Origin: Qingshengfaniella sp.
GTDB lineage: Bacteria; Pseudomonadota; Alphaproteobacteria; Rhodobacterales; Rhodobacteraceae
Reading direction: 5' to 3'
Length of the DNA stretch: 64,000 bases
Assembly: GCA_047971485.1 (NCBI GenBank)
Contig: JBKDZR010000043.1
Span: 163-64,162, forward strand
Shown one piece after another: positions 40,330 through 49,315 of the stretch. Under the pieces are notes generated by a model. That model was not told the origin of the DNA and made no database searches. It saw only the letters and a list, made by a program, of their open reading frames with translations. Each line of letters begins with the position of its first letter. Positions within the stretch are counted from its first letter, which is position 1. Both the position numbers and the translations under genes were made by a program.

Positions 40330-40776
40330 ATGGCTGAAAATCGCACAGAACTTCTTGTGGGCGCTGCCGTACTGGCGGTTGCGGCCGGGTTTCTGGTGTT
40401 CGCCAACGGGTCCATCGGAGCGGTGAGTAACAGCGCCAGCTATGAGGTGACGGCCAGTTTCCGTTCGGCTGAGGGGATCACGGCGGGCACCGATATTCGT
40501 CTGGCCGGGGTCAAGGTCGGGTCGGTCCGGGACCTCAAGCTCAACCCTGACACTTTCCGCGCCGATGCCCGTCTGGCAATTGACGAAGGCATCGCGGTGC
40601 CGGATGACAGTTCGATCGTGGTCGCCTCGGAAGGGCTGTTGGGCGGTAACTTCGTTGAGATCCTGCCCGGTGGATCAATGACCAATTTCGAGAACGGCGC
40701 CGAAGTGACCGATACCCAGGGCGCGGTCAGCCTGATCCAGTTACTGTCCAAGTTCGTCGGTTCCGCCGCCCAATGA
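40330..40776 (+). CDS. mlaD: MlaD-family (MCE domain) outer-membrane lipid asymmetry protein
   Basis: N-terminal anchor ELLVGAAVLAVAAGFLVF and MCE core GTDIRLAGVKVGSVRDLKL. 148 aa. Confidence 0.85.
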   Translation: MAENRTELLVGAAVLAVAAGFLVFANGSIGAVSNSASYEVTASFRSAEGITAGTDIRLAGVKVGSVRDLKLNPDTFRADARLAIDEGIAVPDDSSIVVASEGLLGGNFVEILPGGSMTNFENGAEVTDTQGAVSLIQLLSKFVGSAAQ

Positions 40777-41132
40777 AGGGGGCTGTCGCCGGGTTGGCTC
40801 TGGCCCTGACCGTGGGCTCGGCCAGTGCGGTCGATGTCGCCTTGGGGACCGGGGCGGAACTGCGCGGGCTTGACCGGCTGACCGGTGCGCTGAGCGTGAT
40901 TGATTTGCCGGTGGGCAGCAGCGCATCCTTGGGGTCGTTGCGGATCAGTCTGGTTGAATGCCGCTACCCGACAGACAACCCGGCCGGCGATGCCTATGCC
41001 TACATGCTGATCGACAGCCAGGACACGGGCACCAAGCAGTTCGAGGGGTGGATGATCGCCTCGTCTCCGGCGCTGAATGCGCTGGATCACATGCGTTACG
41101 ATGTCTGGGTCATTCGCTGTAACAGGGCCTGA
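40773..41132 (+). CDS. DUF2155-family secreted protein
   Basis: Signal peptide. ELRGLDRLTGALSVIDLPVG...LVECRYPTDNPAGDAYAYMLI. Start overlaps the mlaD stop. This is the usual alphaproteobacterial partner of NDUFA12-like and MlaD genes. Confidence 0.75.
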   Translation: MKGAVAGLALALTVGSASAVDVALGTGAELRGLDRLTGALSVIDLPVGSSASLGSLRISLVECRYPTDNPAGDAYAYMLIDSQDTGTKQFEGWMIASSPALNALDHMRYDVWVIRCNRA

Positions 41133-41740
41133 CCGTCGCGTGGCAAAGAGGGCGCGGTGAAATCCGCCGGTTGGCCCAGGGCCTGGTGCAGAAGGGCATG
41201 GTATTGATCGCGGTCCACCTCAATGGCGCCGAGACTGGCCAGATGCGCGGTCAGGAACTGGGTGTCAAACAGCCGAAAGCCTGCCTGACATAGCCGGTCG
41301 GCCAGATAGGCGAGGGCGATCTTGGAGGCATCGGTGCGGGTGGAGAACATGCTTTCGCCGAAAAATGCAGCCCCCAGGCAGACGCCATAGACCCCGCCGA
41401 TCAGCCCGCTGTTATCGCGCACTTCCAGGGAATGGGCGAAACCGGCGGCGTGAAGATCCATGTAAAGCGCAAAGATCCGATCGCTGATCCAGGTCTCGTC
41501 GCGATTGGCGCAGGCGCGGACGGTGGCGGAGAAATCGACATCCACCGCCACCTCGTAATCCATACGTCGGATGCTGCGGCGCAGGCTGCGCGAGATGTGG
41601 AACCCGTCCAGCGGAAAGATGCCGCGGCGGCGCGGATCGACCCAGAACAGATCCGGATCGTCGCGGCCCTCGGCCATGGGGAAGACGCCCATCGCATAGG
41701 CGCGCAGCAGGATTTCGGGGGTCAGCGCATCGTCAGCCAT
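41096..41740 (-). CDS. aat: leucyl/phenylalanyl-tRNA--protein transferase
   Basis: LLRAYAMGVFPMAEGRDDPDLFWVDPRRRGIFPLDGFHISRSL...GGVYGVCLGAAFFGESMFS. Confidence 0.93.
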   Translation of the reverse strand: MADDALTPEILLRAYAMGVFPMAEGRDDPDLFWVDPRRRGIFPLDGFHISRSLRRSIRRMDYEVAVDVDFSATVRACANRDETWISDRIFALYMDLHAAGFAHSLEVRDNSGLIGGVYGVCLGAAFFGESMFSTRTDASKIALAYLADRLCQAGFRLFDTQFLTAHLASLGAIEVDRDQYHALLHQALGQPADFTAPSLPRDGQALLQRMTQTS

Positions 41741-41767
41741 GCCGCGATCCGTGGCCGGCGGGGGATG

Positions 41768-43114
41768 TCATTCCCCCTGCCGGGCCAGCCAGTCTTCGAG
41801 CCAGTGGATATTATAAGATCCCTGCAGGATGGCCGGTTCCTGCAGCAGCGCATCGAACAGCGGGGCGGTGGTGTCGATCCCGTCGACGATCAACTCGCCC
41901 AGGGCGCGATGCAGACGGGACAGGGCCTCGGGGCGATCGCGTCCATGGACGATCAGCTTGAGGATCAGGCTGTCGTAATAGGGCGGGATCGCATAGCCGT
42001 CATAAAGCGCGGAATCCAGGCGCACCCCCAGACCGCCGGGCGCGTGGTAGGCGCTGACCCGTCCGGGGCAGGGGATGAAATCGGGCAGACGTTCGGCGTT
42101 AACCCGGACCTCGATGGCATGGCCCTGGGGGATCAGCGCGGCCTGTTCAAAAGACAGGGGCAGGCCGGCGGCCACCCGGATCTGTTCGCGCACCAGATCG
42201 ACGCCGAAGATTTCTTCGGTCACCGGGTGTTCCACCTGCAGGCGGGTGTTCATCTCGATGAAGTAGAACTCGCCGTTTTCATACAGGAACTCGATGGTGC
42301 CGGCGCCGGCATAGCCGATTTCAGCCACGGCATCGGCGCAGACCTTGCCGATCCGGGCGCGGGTTTCAGAATCGATCACCGGGCCGGGGGCTTCTTCCAG
42401 AACCTTCTGGTGGCGGCGCTGAAGCGAACAGTCGCGTTCGCCCAGATGCACGGCTTTGCCCTTGCCGTCACCGAAAACCTGGATCTCGATATGCCGCGGC
42501 GCGCCGAGGTATTTCTCGATATAGACCTCGTCATTGCCGAAGGCGGATTTCGCCTCACTGCGCGCAGTGCGGAAGGCGGTTTCCAGATCAGCGGCCGTCC
42601 GGGCCAGTTTCATGCCGCGCCCGCCACCGCCAGCCGTGGCCTTGACGATGACCGGAAAGCCGATTTCGGCGGCGACTGTGCGGGCGGTGTCCAAATCGGG
42701 AACGCCCCCATCCGAGCCAGGGACACAAGGCACGCCCAAGGCCTTCATGGTTTCCTTGGCGGTGATCTTGTCGCCCATGATGCGGATGTGTTCGGCGGTC
42801 GGGCCGATGAAGGTCAGCCCGTGATCCTCGACCACCTGCACGAAGGCGGCGTTTTCCGACAGAAAACCATAGCCCGGGTGGATCGCCTCGGCGCCGGTGA
42901 TTTCACAGGCCGAGATGATCGAGGGCACATGCAGATAGCTTTGGCCGCCGGCGGGCGGGCCGATGCACACCGCTTCGTCGGCCATGCGTACATGCATCGC
43001 ATCGGCATCTGCGGTGGAATGGACGGCCACGCTGGCGATGCCCATTTCCCGGCAGGCGCGGATGACGCGAAGGGCGATTTCGCCGCGATTGGCGATGAGG
43101 ATTTTCTTGAACAT
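41768..43114 (-). CDS. accC: acetyl-CoA carboxylase biotin carboxylase subunit
   Basis: MFKKILIANRGEIALRVIRACREMGI..., ATP-grasp motifs, EMNTRLQVEHPVTE. Confidence 0.97.
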   Translation of the reverse strand: MFKKILIANRGEIALRVIRACREMGIASVAVHSTADADAMHVRMADEAVCIGPPAGGQSYLHVPSIISACEITGAEAIHPGYGFLSENAAFVQVVEDHGLTFIGPTAEHIRIMGDKITAKETMKALGVPCVPGSDGGVPDLDTARTVAAEIGFPVIVKATAGGGGRGMKLARTAADLETAFRTARSEAKSAFGNDEVYIEKYLGAPRHIEIQVFGDGKGKAVHLGERDCSLQRRHQKVLEEAPGPVIDSETRARIGKVCADAVAEIGYAGAGTIEFLYENGEFYFIEMNTRLQVEHPVTEEIFGVDLVREQIRVAAGLPLSFEQAALIPQGHAIEVRVNAERLPDFIPCPGRVSAYHAPGGLGVRLDSALYDGYAIPPYYDSLILKLIVHGRDRPEALSRLHRALGELIVDGIDTTAPLFDALLQEPAILQGSYNIHWLEDWLARQGE

Positions 43115-43121
43115 CGCCGGT

Positions 43122-43613
43122 TTACTCGATGATGACGAGTGGCGCGCCATATTCGACGGGGGTGCCGTCATCGACCAGGATCCGCGTCACCGTCCCGGCG
43201 CGGGGTGAAGGGATCTGGTTCATGGTTTTCATCGCCTCGACGATCAGCAGGGTTTGCCCCTCCTTGACCGTGGCGCCCACCGAGATGAACGGATCGGCGC
43301 CGGGTTCGGATTGCAGATAGACGGTGCCCACCATCGGTGAGGCGACGGCGCCGGGATGGCTGGCCGGGTCGTCCACTGCCTTTGGCGCGGGGGCGGCGAT
43401 CATGCTGTCGGGCTGGGCCGCCACGGGGGCGGGCAGGGCGACAGGGGCGTCGGGCACGTGCCTGGGCTGGGCATAGCGGCTGAGCCGGACATTCAGCGTC
43501 GAATCTTCGCCATAGTCACGTTTGACCTGCAATTCGGACAGGTCGTTCTGCCGCAGAAGCTCGGCCAGGGCCCTGATGAATTCAACGTCTTCGGAATGGG
43601 GCGTTTCTTTCAT
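43122..43613 (-). CDS. accB: acetyl-CoA carboxylase biotin carboxyl carrier protein
   Basis: Biotinyl-lysine motif LLIVEAMKTMNQI, Ala/Pro linker. 163 aa. Confidence 0.95.
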   Translation of the reverse strand: MKETPHSEDVEFIRALAELLRQNDLSELQVKRDYGEDSTLNVRLSRYAQPRHVPDAPVALPAPVAAQPDSMIAAPAPKAVDDPASHPGAVASPMVGTVYLQSEPGADPFISVGATVKEGQTLLIVEAMKTMNQIPSPRAGTVTRILVDDGTPVEYGAPLVIIE

Positions 43614-43760
43614 GGCCTCTCACTTCGTTGGTGCGCAGTCTGATGCGGCCGGGCCGCTTGAGAGGTCTCTACACACTATCTTCGATGGTGAAAAGCGGAT
43701 CGCGACGCCTGATCCGGTGGAAAAATGGTGAAAGGCCGGGGCCGGAACGGGTTGCCGGCC

Positions 43761-44135
43761 TCAGACTCGACGGTCCAGCAGCAGCGGTGCCATGGGATCC
43801 AGGCGTTCGGTGCCCTTGCTGGCGATGGGGCCGAAATCCTCGGCGGCCTGTTCCGCGATGTTGGCAAAGATTTCGCGCAGATGTTCGAACCCTTCAATGA
43901 CCCGTTCCATCCGGTCAAAGGAGGTCACGGTTTCGGTCGGGCCGGTCATCCGCGGGTCATAGATCGCGCGGGCGGCCAGGGCGGCGGCTATCATGGCGTC
44001 GCGGGTGCCGAGGCGAACATCGCGGTGGTCTTCGGGGAGCGGGCGGTCGGCGATCGCGGCAGGGGCTGCGATGGCGGGTGCGCGGCGCGCGACGGGGACA
44101 GCGTGGAGCGGGGCGAGGGAGCCAGTCACATACAT
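43761..44135 (-). CDS. hypothetical protein (124 aa)
   Basis: ATG 44135 sits 6 nt after GGAGAA. The C-terminal half looks protein-like (ERVIEGFEHLREIFANIAEQAAEDFGPIASKG). No family recognised; the overlapping plus-strand ORF looks like a shadow frame. Confidence 0.45.
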   Translation of the reverse strand: MYVTGSLAPLHAVPVARRAPAIAAPAAIADRPLPEDHRDVRLGTRDAMIAAALAARAIYDPRMTGPTETVTSFDRMERVIEGFEHLREIFANIAEQAAEDFGPIASKGTERLDPMAPLLLDRRV

Positions 44136-44338
44136 CTGAAATTCTCCATGCATTCGTTTCTATTTTTAGACGAATGCAGGAACAATCCGGCTAAATTGTG
44201 GCAAAACGTCAACTGTATGCAAGTTTGGTAAAATTTTAGCGCAATGCCCGGGATTACCCCCGGGAAGGGATCCGGCGCTTGACTGTCCCGGTCCGGATGC
44301 TAGCGTTCAGGGGTCTCACAGCAGTGGAAAACCGTGCC

Positions 44339-45667
44339 ATGGCCCTTGATCGTCACGCCATTCCCAATGACCTATCCGCTTTCTGGATGCCCTTCACCGC
44401 GAATCGCCAGTTCAAGGCCAATCCGCGGATGCTGGTCGATGCCGAAGGCATGTACTACACCGCCGCCGATGGCCGGCGCATTCTGGATGGCACGGCAGGG
44501 CTTTGGTGTTGCAATGCCGGGCACAAGCGGCCCCGGATCAGCGCGGCGATCAAGGCCCAGGCCGATGGGCTGGATTATGCGCCGGCTTTCCAGATGGGCC
44601 ATCCGCAGGCATTTGAACTGGCCAACCGGTTGCGCGATCTGGCCCCGGACCCTTTCGAACATGTGTTTTTCACCAATTCCGGATCTGAAAGCGTCGAGAC
44701 CGCCCTGAAATTTGCCATCGCCTATCAAAGGGCCCGGGGCGAAGGGGCGCGGACCCGGCTGATCGGGCGCGAACGGGGCTATCACGGGGTGAATTTCGGC
44801 GGGATCTCGGTGGGGGGGATCGTGTCGAACCGGCGCCAGTTCGGCACGCTTCTGACCGGGGTTGACCATCTGCCCCACACCCATCTGCCCGATCTGAACG
44901 CCTTTAGCCGGGGGCAGCCGGAGCATGGCGCAGATCTGGCTGACCGGCTGGAAGACATTGTCGCGCTGCATGGGGCCGATACCATCGCGGCTGTGATCGT
45001 CGAACCGGTGGCCGGATCGACCGGGGTGCTGATCCCGCCCAAGGGCTATCTGGAAAAGCTGCGGGCCATCACCCGCAAACATGGGATCGTGCTGATCTTT
45101 GATGAGGTCATCACCGGGTTCGGCCGGGTTGGCACGCCTTTTGCGGCCGAGCATTTCGGGGTGATGCCCGACCTGATCGCCTGTGCCAAGGGGCTGACCA
45201 ACGGGGTGATCCCCATGGGCGCGGTTCTGGCCACTGCCGAGATCCATGACGCCTTCATGCAGGGTCCGGAGCATATGATCGAACTTTTCCATGGCTACAC
45301 CTATTCCGGCAATCCGATGGCTTCGGCGACAGGACTGGCGACACTGGAAACCTATCGCGAAGAGGGCTTGCTGACCCGGGCGGCGGATCTGTCGGACTAT
45401 TGGGCCGAAGCGCTGCACAGCCTGCGCGATCTGCCCCATGTCATCGATATCCGCAATCTGGGCCTGATCGGTGCGATTGAACTGGCGCCGATCCCGGGCA
45501 AGCCTACCGCCCGTGCATTCCAGGCCTTTCTCGATGCGTTCGAGGCGGGGCTGCTGATCCGGACAACGGGGGATATCATCGCGCTCAGCCCGCCATTGAT
45601 CATCGACAAACCCGAGATCGACCGCTTGTTCGACACCCTGTCGGGCGTGCTGCGCAAGCTGGCCTGA
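44339..45667 (+). CDS. class-III (omega) aminotransferase, beta-alanine/omega-amino acid--pyruvate type
   Basis: AFWMPFTANRQFKANPRML, GLWCCNAGH, FTNSGSESVETALK, FDEVITGFGRVG and PLP-Lys context ACAKGLTNG. Confidence 0.9.
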   Translation: MALDRHAIPNDLSAFWMPFTANRQFKANPRMLVDAEGMYYTAADGRRILDGTAGLWCCNAGHKRPRISAAIKAQADGLDYAPAFQMGHPQAFELANRLRDLAPDPFEHVFFTNSGSESVETALKFAIAYQRARGEGARTRLIGRERGYHGVNFGGISVGGIVSNRRQFGTLLTGVDHLPHTHLPDLNAFSRGQPEHGADLADRLEDIVALHGADTIAAVIVEPVAGSTGVLIPPKGYLEKLRAITRKHGIVLIFDEVITGFGRVGTPFAAEHFGVMPDLIACAKGLTNGVIPMGAVLATAEIHDAFMQGPEHMIELFHGYTYSGNPMASATGLATLETYREEGLLTRAADLSDYWAEALHSLRDLPHVIDIRNLGLIGAIELAPIPGKPTARAFQAFLDAFEAGLLIRTTGDIIALSPPLIIDKPEIDRLFDTLSGVLRKLA

Positions 45668-45911
45668 CCTTGAGGCGTGTCTTTGGCTCGGCGCTGCTTG
45701 GCTAAATTTGGCCTGGCCCCGCCGGGCTGTGTTTCGCGCCCCGGGGCGTTCGTTCAGACAGAGACAGCGCGCCCTTCTGTCGTTTGAGGGGCAGGATCCC
45801 CGGATGCTGACGGCGCCAACTGCACCGTCATGAAAATCGTTGAAATTTGGTTGATTCCCATGATCAGGCCTGCCACAAATTTTCTATTGATCGGTAAAAG
45901 GATGTCATTTT

Positions 45912-46598
45912 ATGGGGCTAAGAAGTTTTTTTGGCGCGGCAATACTGATTTTTCTGGGGGGCGGCGCCTCGGCCTCGACCATTTTCAGTTTCGAGGGGCC
46001 GGCTTATCAACCCCGAATCATGCTTGGGGTGGAGTCCCTGGCAAGCCGGGCCCGCATCTCGTTTGAACTGGACGGCGACAGACTGATCGCCGGCAGTTAT
46101 GAGGTTCATGGCTATACCGGAAAATTTGTCGATCTGCGTGTCAGCGAATTCGTCACTTATGTCCGCCCTGGCGTGTCTTTCGGCTTGGATATTTCGTTTA
46201 CCATCGACCCGAATACGCCGGAATGGGTGTGCAGCCCGTATCCGTATTGCGGGGCCGTGGACAGCCACATGATGGACGGGATGCCGCTGGAACCGGATCT
46301 GAATGCGCTTAGCCTCAAGGTCAGTGGCTTTTCGGCGCGCTCGGCCGGGGCGGGTGTGCGCGAGGCGGATCTGATCGCCTGGATGGATGGCCAAAGCGGC
46401 ACGCGTGTTGCGCTGGATTACGTCTTTGTCAGCCTGGCGAAAACCGTGCGTCATCTGGGGGGCTTTGAAGAGGGCGGTGCCTTTGACTATCGTGCAGCGC
46501 CGCCACCAGCCCCCAAGATCTCCCCCGTGCCGTTGCCGGCCAGCGCCTTGCTGCTGTTGGCTGGTTTGGGGCTGTTGCGCTTGCGGGGCCGAGCCTGA
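45912..46598 (+). CDS. secreted protein with canonical VPLPA-CTERM tail
   Basis: Signal peptide MGLRSFFGAAILIFLGGGASA. C-terminus PKISPVPLPASALLLLAGLGLLRLRGRA. AT-rich upstream region. Confidence 0.7.
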   Translation: MGLRSFFGAAILIFLGGGASASTIFSFEGPAYQPRIMLGVESLASRARISFELDGDRLIAGSYEVHGYTGKFVDLRVSEFVTYVRPGVSFGLDISFTIDPNTPEWVCSPYPYCGAVDSHMMDGMPLEPDLNALSLKVSGFSARSAGAGVREADLIAWMDGQSGTRVALDYVFVSLAKTVRHLGGFEEGGAFDYRAAPPPAPKISPVPLPASALLLLAGLGLLRLRGRA

Positions 46599-46691
46599 CC
46601 ATGAACTTGATTTGTGGGCGACCTCCTGGGCGCCGGCTTGGAACGGACCCGGATGGGTCCGTTTGTCCTTTTCGGGACGCGTAGGGCCCGT

Positions 46692-46976
46692 TCAAATGTC
46701 GGTTGCGCCGCAGGTGCGAATCTCGACCTCCTCGCCGTTGCCAGTGTAATAGGCGCAGCGGTTGGTCTGTTCGTGATGACGGGCCAGGACGCCGGCCCCC
46801 CCGGCGGCAAGGGCGGCGGCGGCTGTCCAGCCCGAATCGGCGCCAAGCATCTGGGCGGTGATGGCGCCGATCGCCCCCGCCGCAACCCCTGTGCCCACCT
46901 GTTCGCGTGTGTTGGGATCCATCTGGCAGGCTGTCAGCAGCACCGTGGCGGACAGGGCGAATACCGTGGTTTTCAT
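46692..46976 (-). CDS. small lipoprotein with glycine-zipper segment
   Basis: Lipobox LLTAC, GTGVAAGAIGAITAQMLGA...AAGGAGVLA, and a C-terminal Cys pair. GGAG upstream of the ATG. Confidence 0.7.
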   Translation of the reverse strand: MKTTVFALSATVLLTACQMDPNTREQVGTGVAAGAIGAITAQMLGADSGWTAAAALAAGGAGVLARHHEQTNRCAYYTGNGEEVEIRTCGATDI

Positions 46977-47272
46977 CTGGTTCTCCGTTTTTCGATGGGG
47001 GCACTATCGGGTGTTCGCCGGCCTCTGACCAGACCCGGGTGCGAGAAACACATTCGCCGTTCCACTGAGGCTTGTGACAGGATCAACGATTTATTTCTTT
47101 AATCTGTAAATTTGTTTTCTTGCGCCGCCCGCGTGTCATTGGCATTGTTTCCAAAGTCCCGTCGATTAACGAATGGGAAGCGAGACCGGGAAGATGTTTG
47201 GATTGGAAAGATGACCCGCAGATCGCTCTTTCGCGATCAGGGCGGGTGCCGTGCCGGGGGGGCGGGCAGGTA

Positions 47273-48586
47273 ATGCCGCGCGTCACAGATACCGGGGCGC
47301 GCATTCGCGAACGGCGCGGGGTTTTGGGAATCCGGCAGGCGGATCTGGCCCGAACTGTTGAGATTTCTCCATCCTACCTCAATTTGATCGAACACAACCG
47401 GCGCCGTGTTGGCGGCAAGTTGCTGGTGCGGATCGCGCGTGCATTGTCGATGGAGGTCGCCGCGCTGACCCAGGGGGCCGAGGCAGAGATGCTGGACCGG
47501 CTGAGCGTGGCGGCACTGGCCCAGCCGTCCGCCGGGGCCGAGCTTGACCGGATCGACGAGTTGGTCAGCCGGTTTCCGGGGTGGGCGCAGCTGGCCATGG
47601 GACAGCAGCGCCAGATTGCGGCGCTGGAGGAAAAGGTTGCGGCGCTGACCGACAGGCTGACCCATGACCCGTTCCTGTCGGCGACATTTCACGATTTGCT
47701 CTCCAAGGTGGCCTCTATCCGGTCGACTGCGGCGATTCTGGCGGAGACCGAGGATCTGGATGTGGTCTGGCAACGGCGTTTCCGGCGGAACCTGGCCGAG
47801 GACAGTCTGGCCCTGTCGGACGGGGCGGCGGCAATGGTGGCCTATCTGGAAGCCAAGGATCCCTCGGATCTGGGCATCGCCACGCCGCAGGAGGAACTGG
47901 AAGCCTATCTGGCGGCCGGGGCTTATCATGTCCCGGCGCTGGAATGCGAGGATGGCGCGGCACCTGAGGATCTTGTGGGGCAAGCCGATCTTCTGCGCTC
48001 GGACGAGGCCCGGCGGCGTGCGCGCCTGTATCTGGATCAGTACCGCTGCGATGCGCGGACCATGCCGCTGGGAGAATTTGGTGCGGCCGCCGCCGAAGAA
48101 CGGTTTGATCCGGCCCGCTTGGCCCGCCGTTTCGCGGTGGACATTCCGGCGGTCTTCCGGCGCCTGGCCAGCCTGCCCCGTCAGGCGTTGGGGGTTGAAC
48201 TGGGGCTGGTGATCTGCGACGGGGCCGGGGCGTTGATCTTTCGCAAACCGGCCGAGGGCTTTCCGCTGCCACGCTTTGGGGCGTCTTGTCCCCTGTGGCC
48301 GTTGTTTCAGGCGCTGAGCCATCCGATGACCCCGATCCGGACGGTCCTCGAACATGTGTCGAGCCCGGATGAAGGGTTCGTCACCTTCGCCTTCTGCCAG
48401 CCGGAGATGATCGGGGGGTTCGGTGATGCGGCGGTTCAGCAGTCGATGATGCTGATCGCGCCGGCAGGCATGGTGCCCGGGGCGTGGCCGGCGGATGCCG
48501 AACTGGTGGGCAGTTCGTGCCGGATCTGTCACCGGCTGTCCTGCCCGGCGCGGCGCGAGGATTGTGTTCTGGCGGACGGGATCTGA
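47273..48586 (+). CDS. XRE-family HTH regulator with large C-terminal domain (ScfR/DUF2083-like Cys motif)
   Basis: HTH IRERRGVLGIRQADLARTVEISPSYLNLIEHNRR. C-terminal ...GASCPLWPLF...SSCRICHRLSCPARRE. No HExxH seen. An H-box-like string FLSATFHDLLSKVASIRS lies mid-protein. Confidence 0.75.
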   Translation: MPRVTDTGARIRERRGVLGIRQADLARTVEISPSYLNLIEHNRRRVGGKLLVRIARALSMEVAALTQGAEAEMLDRLSVAALAQPSAGAELDRIDELVSRFPGWAQLAMGQQRQIAALEEKVAALTDRLTHDPFLSATFHDLLSKVASIRSTAAILAETEDLDVVWQRRFRRNLAEDSLALSDGAAAMVAYLEAKDPSDLGIATPQEELEAYLAAGAYHVPALECEDGAAPEDLVGQADLLRSDEARRRARLYLDQYRCDARTMPLGEFGAAAAEERFDPARLARRFAVDIPAVFRRLASLPRQALGVELGLVICDGAGALIFRKPAEGFPLPRFGASCPLWPLFQALSHPMTPIRTVLEHVSSPDEGFVTFAFCQPEMIGGFGDAAVQQSMMLIAPAGMVPGAWPADAELVGSSCRICHRLSCPARREDCVLADGI

Positions 48587-48653
48587 CCGGCCGGTGGGCG
48601 AAACGGTTGCGGTGGGCCCGGTGCCGCCGAAGCCAAGTGGAAGGTACGGGATC

Positions 48654-49022
48654 ATGACACGGCATGTCCTGCTGATCGAGGATGAACCGAATATCGTCGA
48701 GGCGATGCGTTTCATCCTGTCGCGGGATGGCTGGCAAGTCTCGTGCCATGTGGACGGGGCCACGGCGCTGGGGGCCATTGCGCGGATCCGGCCGGATGTC
48801 GTGGTTCTTGACGTGATGTTGCCCAATCGCAGCGGCTTTGACATTCTGCGCGACATTCGTTCGGATATCGACATGATGGCCCTGCCGGTTCTGATGCTGA
48901 CGGCGAAGGGGCAGGCCAAGGACCGGGAACGGGCCGAGGTTCTGGGGGTCAGCCGGTTCATGACCAAACCGTTCTCGAACAGCGAGTTGATCGAGATCCT
49001 GCATGAAATGGTTATCGCGTGA
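48654..49022 (+). CDS. stand-alone response-regulator receiver (CheY-like)
   Basis: 122 aa. LLIEDEP, phospho-acceptor context VVVLDVMLP, MLTAKG, TKPF. No output domain. Confidence 0.9.
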   Translation: MTRHVLLIEDEPNIVEAMRFILSRDGWQVSCHVDGATALGAIARIRPDVVVLDVMLPNRSGFDILRDIRSDIDMMALPVLMLTAKGQAKDRERAEVLGVSRFMTKPFSNSELIEILHEMVIA

Positions 49023-49315
49023 TGCGCCGGGATGAGCGCCTGTTCCTGGCATATCGCCCCTATCGGCAGCGCCGGGTGGCAGATGCGTCCCGGGCCTTGC
49101 CGGCGATTGGCCTGTTCCTGTTTCTGGTGCCCGTCCTGTGGAATCGCCCGGGGGCCGAGTCTGGCGCCGGGCCCGGGTTGGCGGTGCAATGGCTTTATGC
49201 CATCGGCGTGATCGTGTTTCTGGCCGCGCTGGCCGGACTGATCGCCTGGGGCTTGTCCCATGCCGGCGAGAACGGCGCAGAACGCCCGCCAGAGGCGGAG
49301 AAGGAGAGGGGCTGA
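49019..49315 (+). CDS. small (98 aa) two-helix membrane protein, translationally coupled to the kinase
   Basis: GTG/ATG at 49019/49022 overlaps the receiver TGA. Its own TGA overlaps the kinase ATG (TGATG at 49313-49317). Hydrophobic segments LPAIGLFLFLVPVLW and WLYAIGVIVFLAALAGLIAWGL. Confidence 0.55.
   Translation: MMRRDERLFLAYRPYRQRRVADASRALPAIGLFLFLVPVLWNRPGAESGAGPGLAVQWLYAIGVIVFLAALAGLIAWGLSHAGENGAERPPEAEKERG

Noticed and set aside
47237-49261. 674-aa minus-strand ORF across the XRE regulator, receiver and kinase start. Similar cases: 19550-21115 (-), 11785-13869 (+), 41432-43132 (+), 24822-26405 (-), 22063-23325 (-).
   Set aside because: All are antisense or off-frame to genes with clear family motifs. 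Their composition is typical of GC3-driven open frames, and none has a plausible Shine-Dalgarno/start context.
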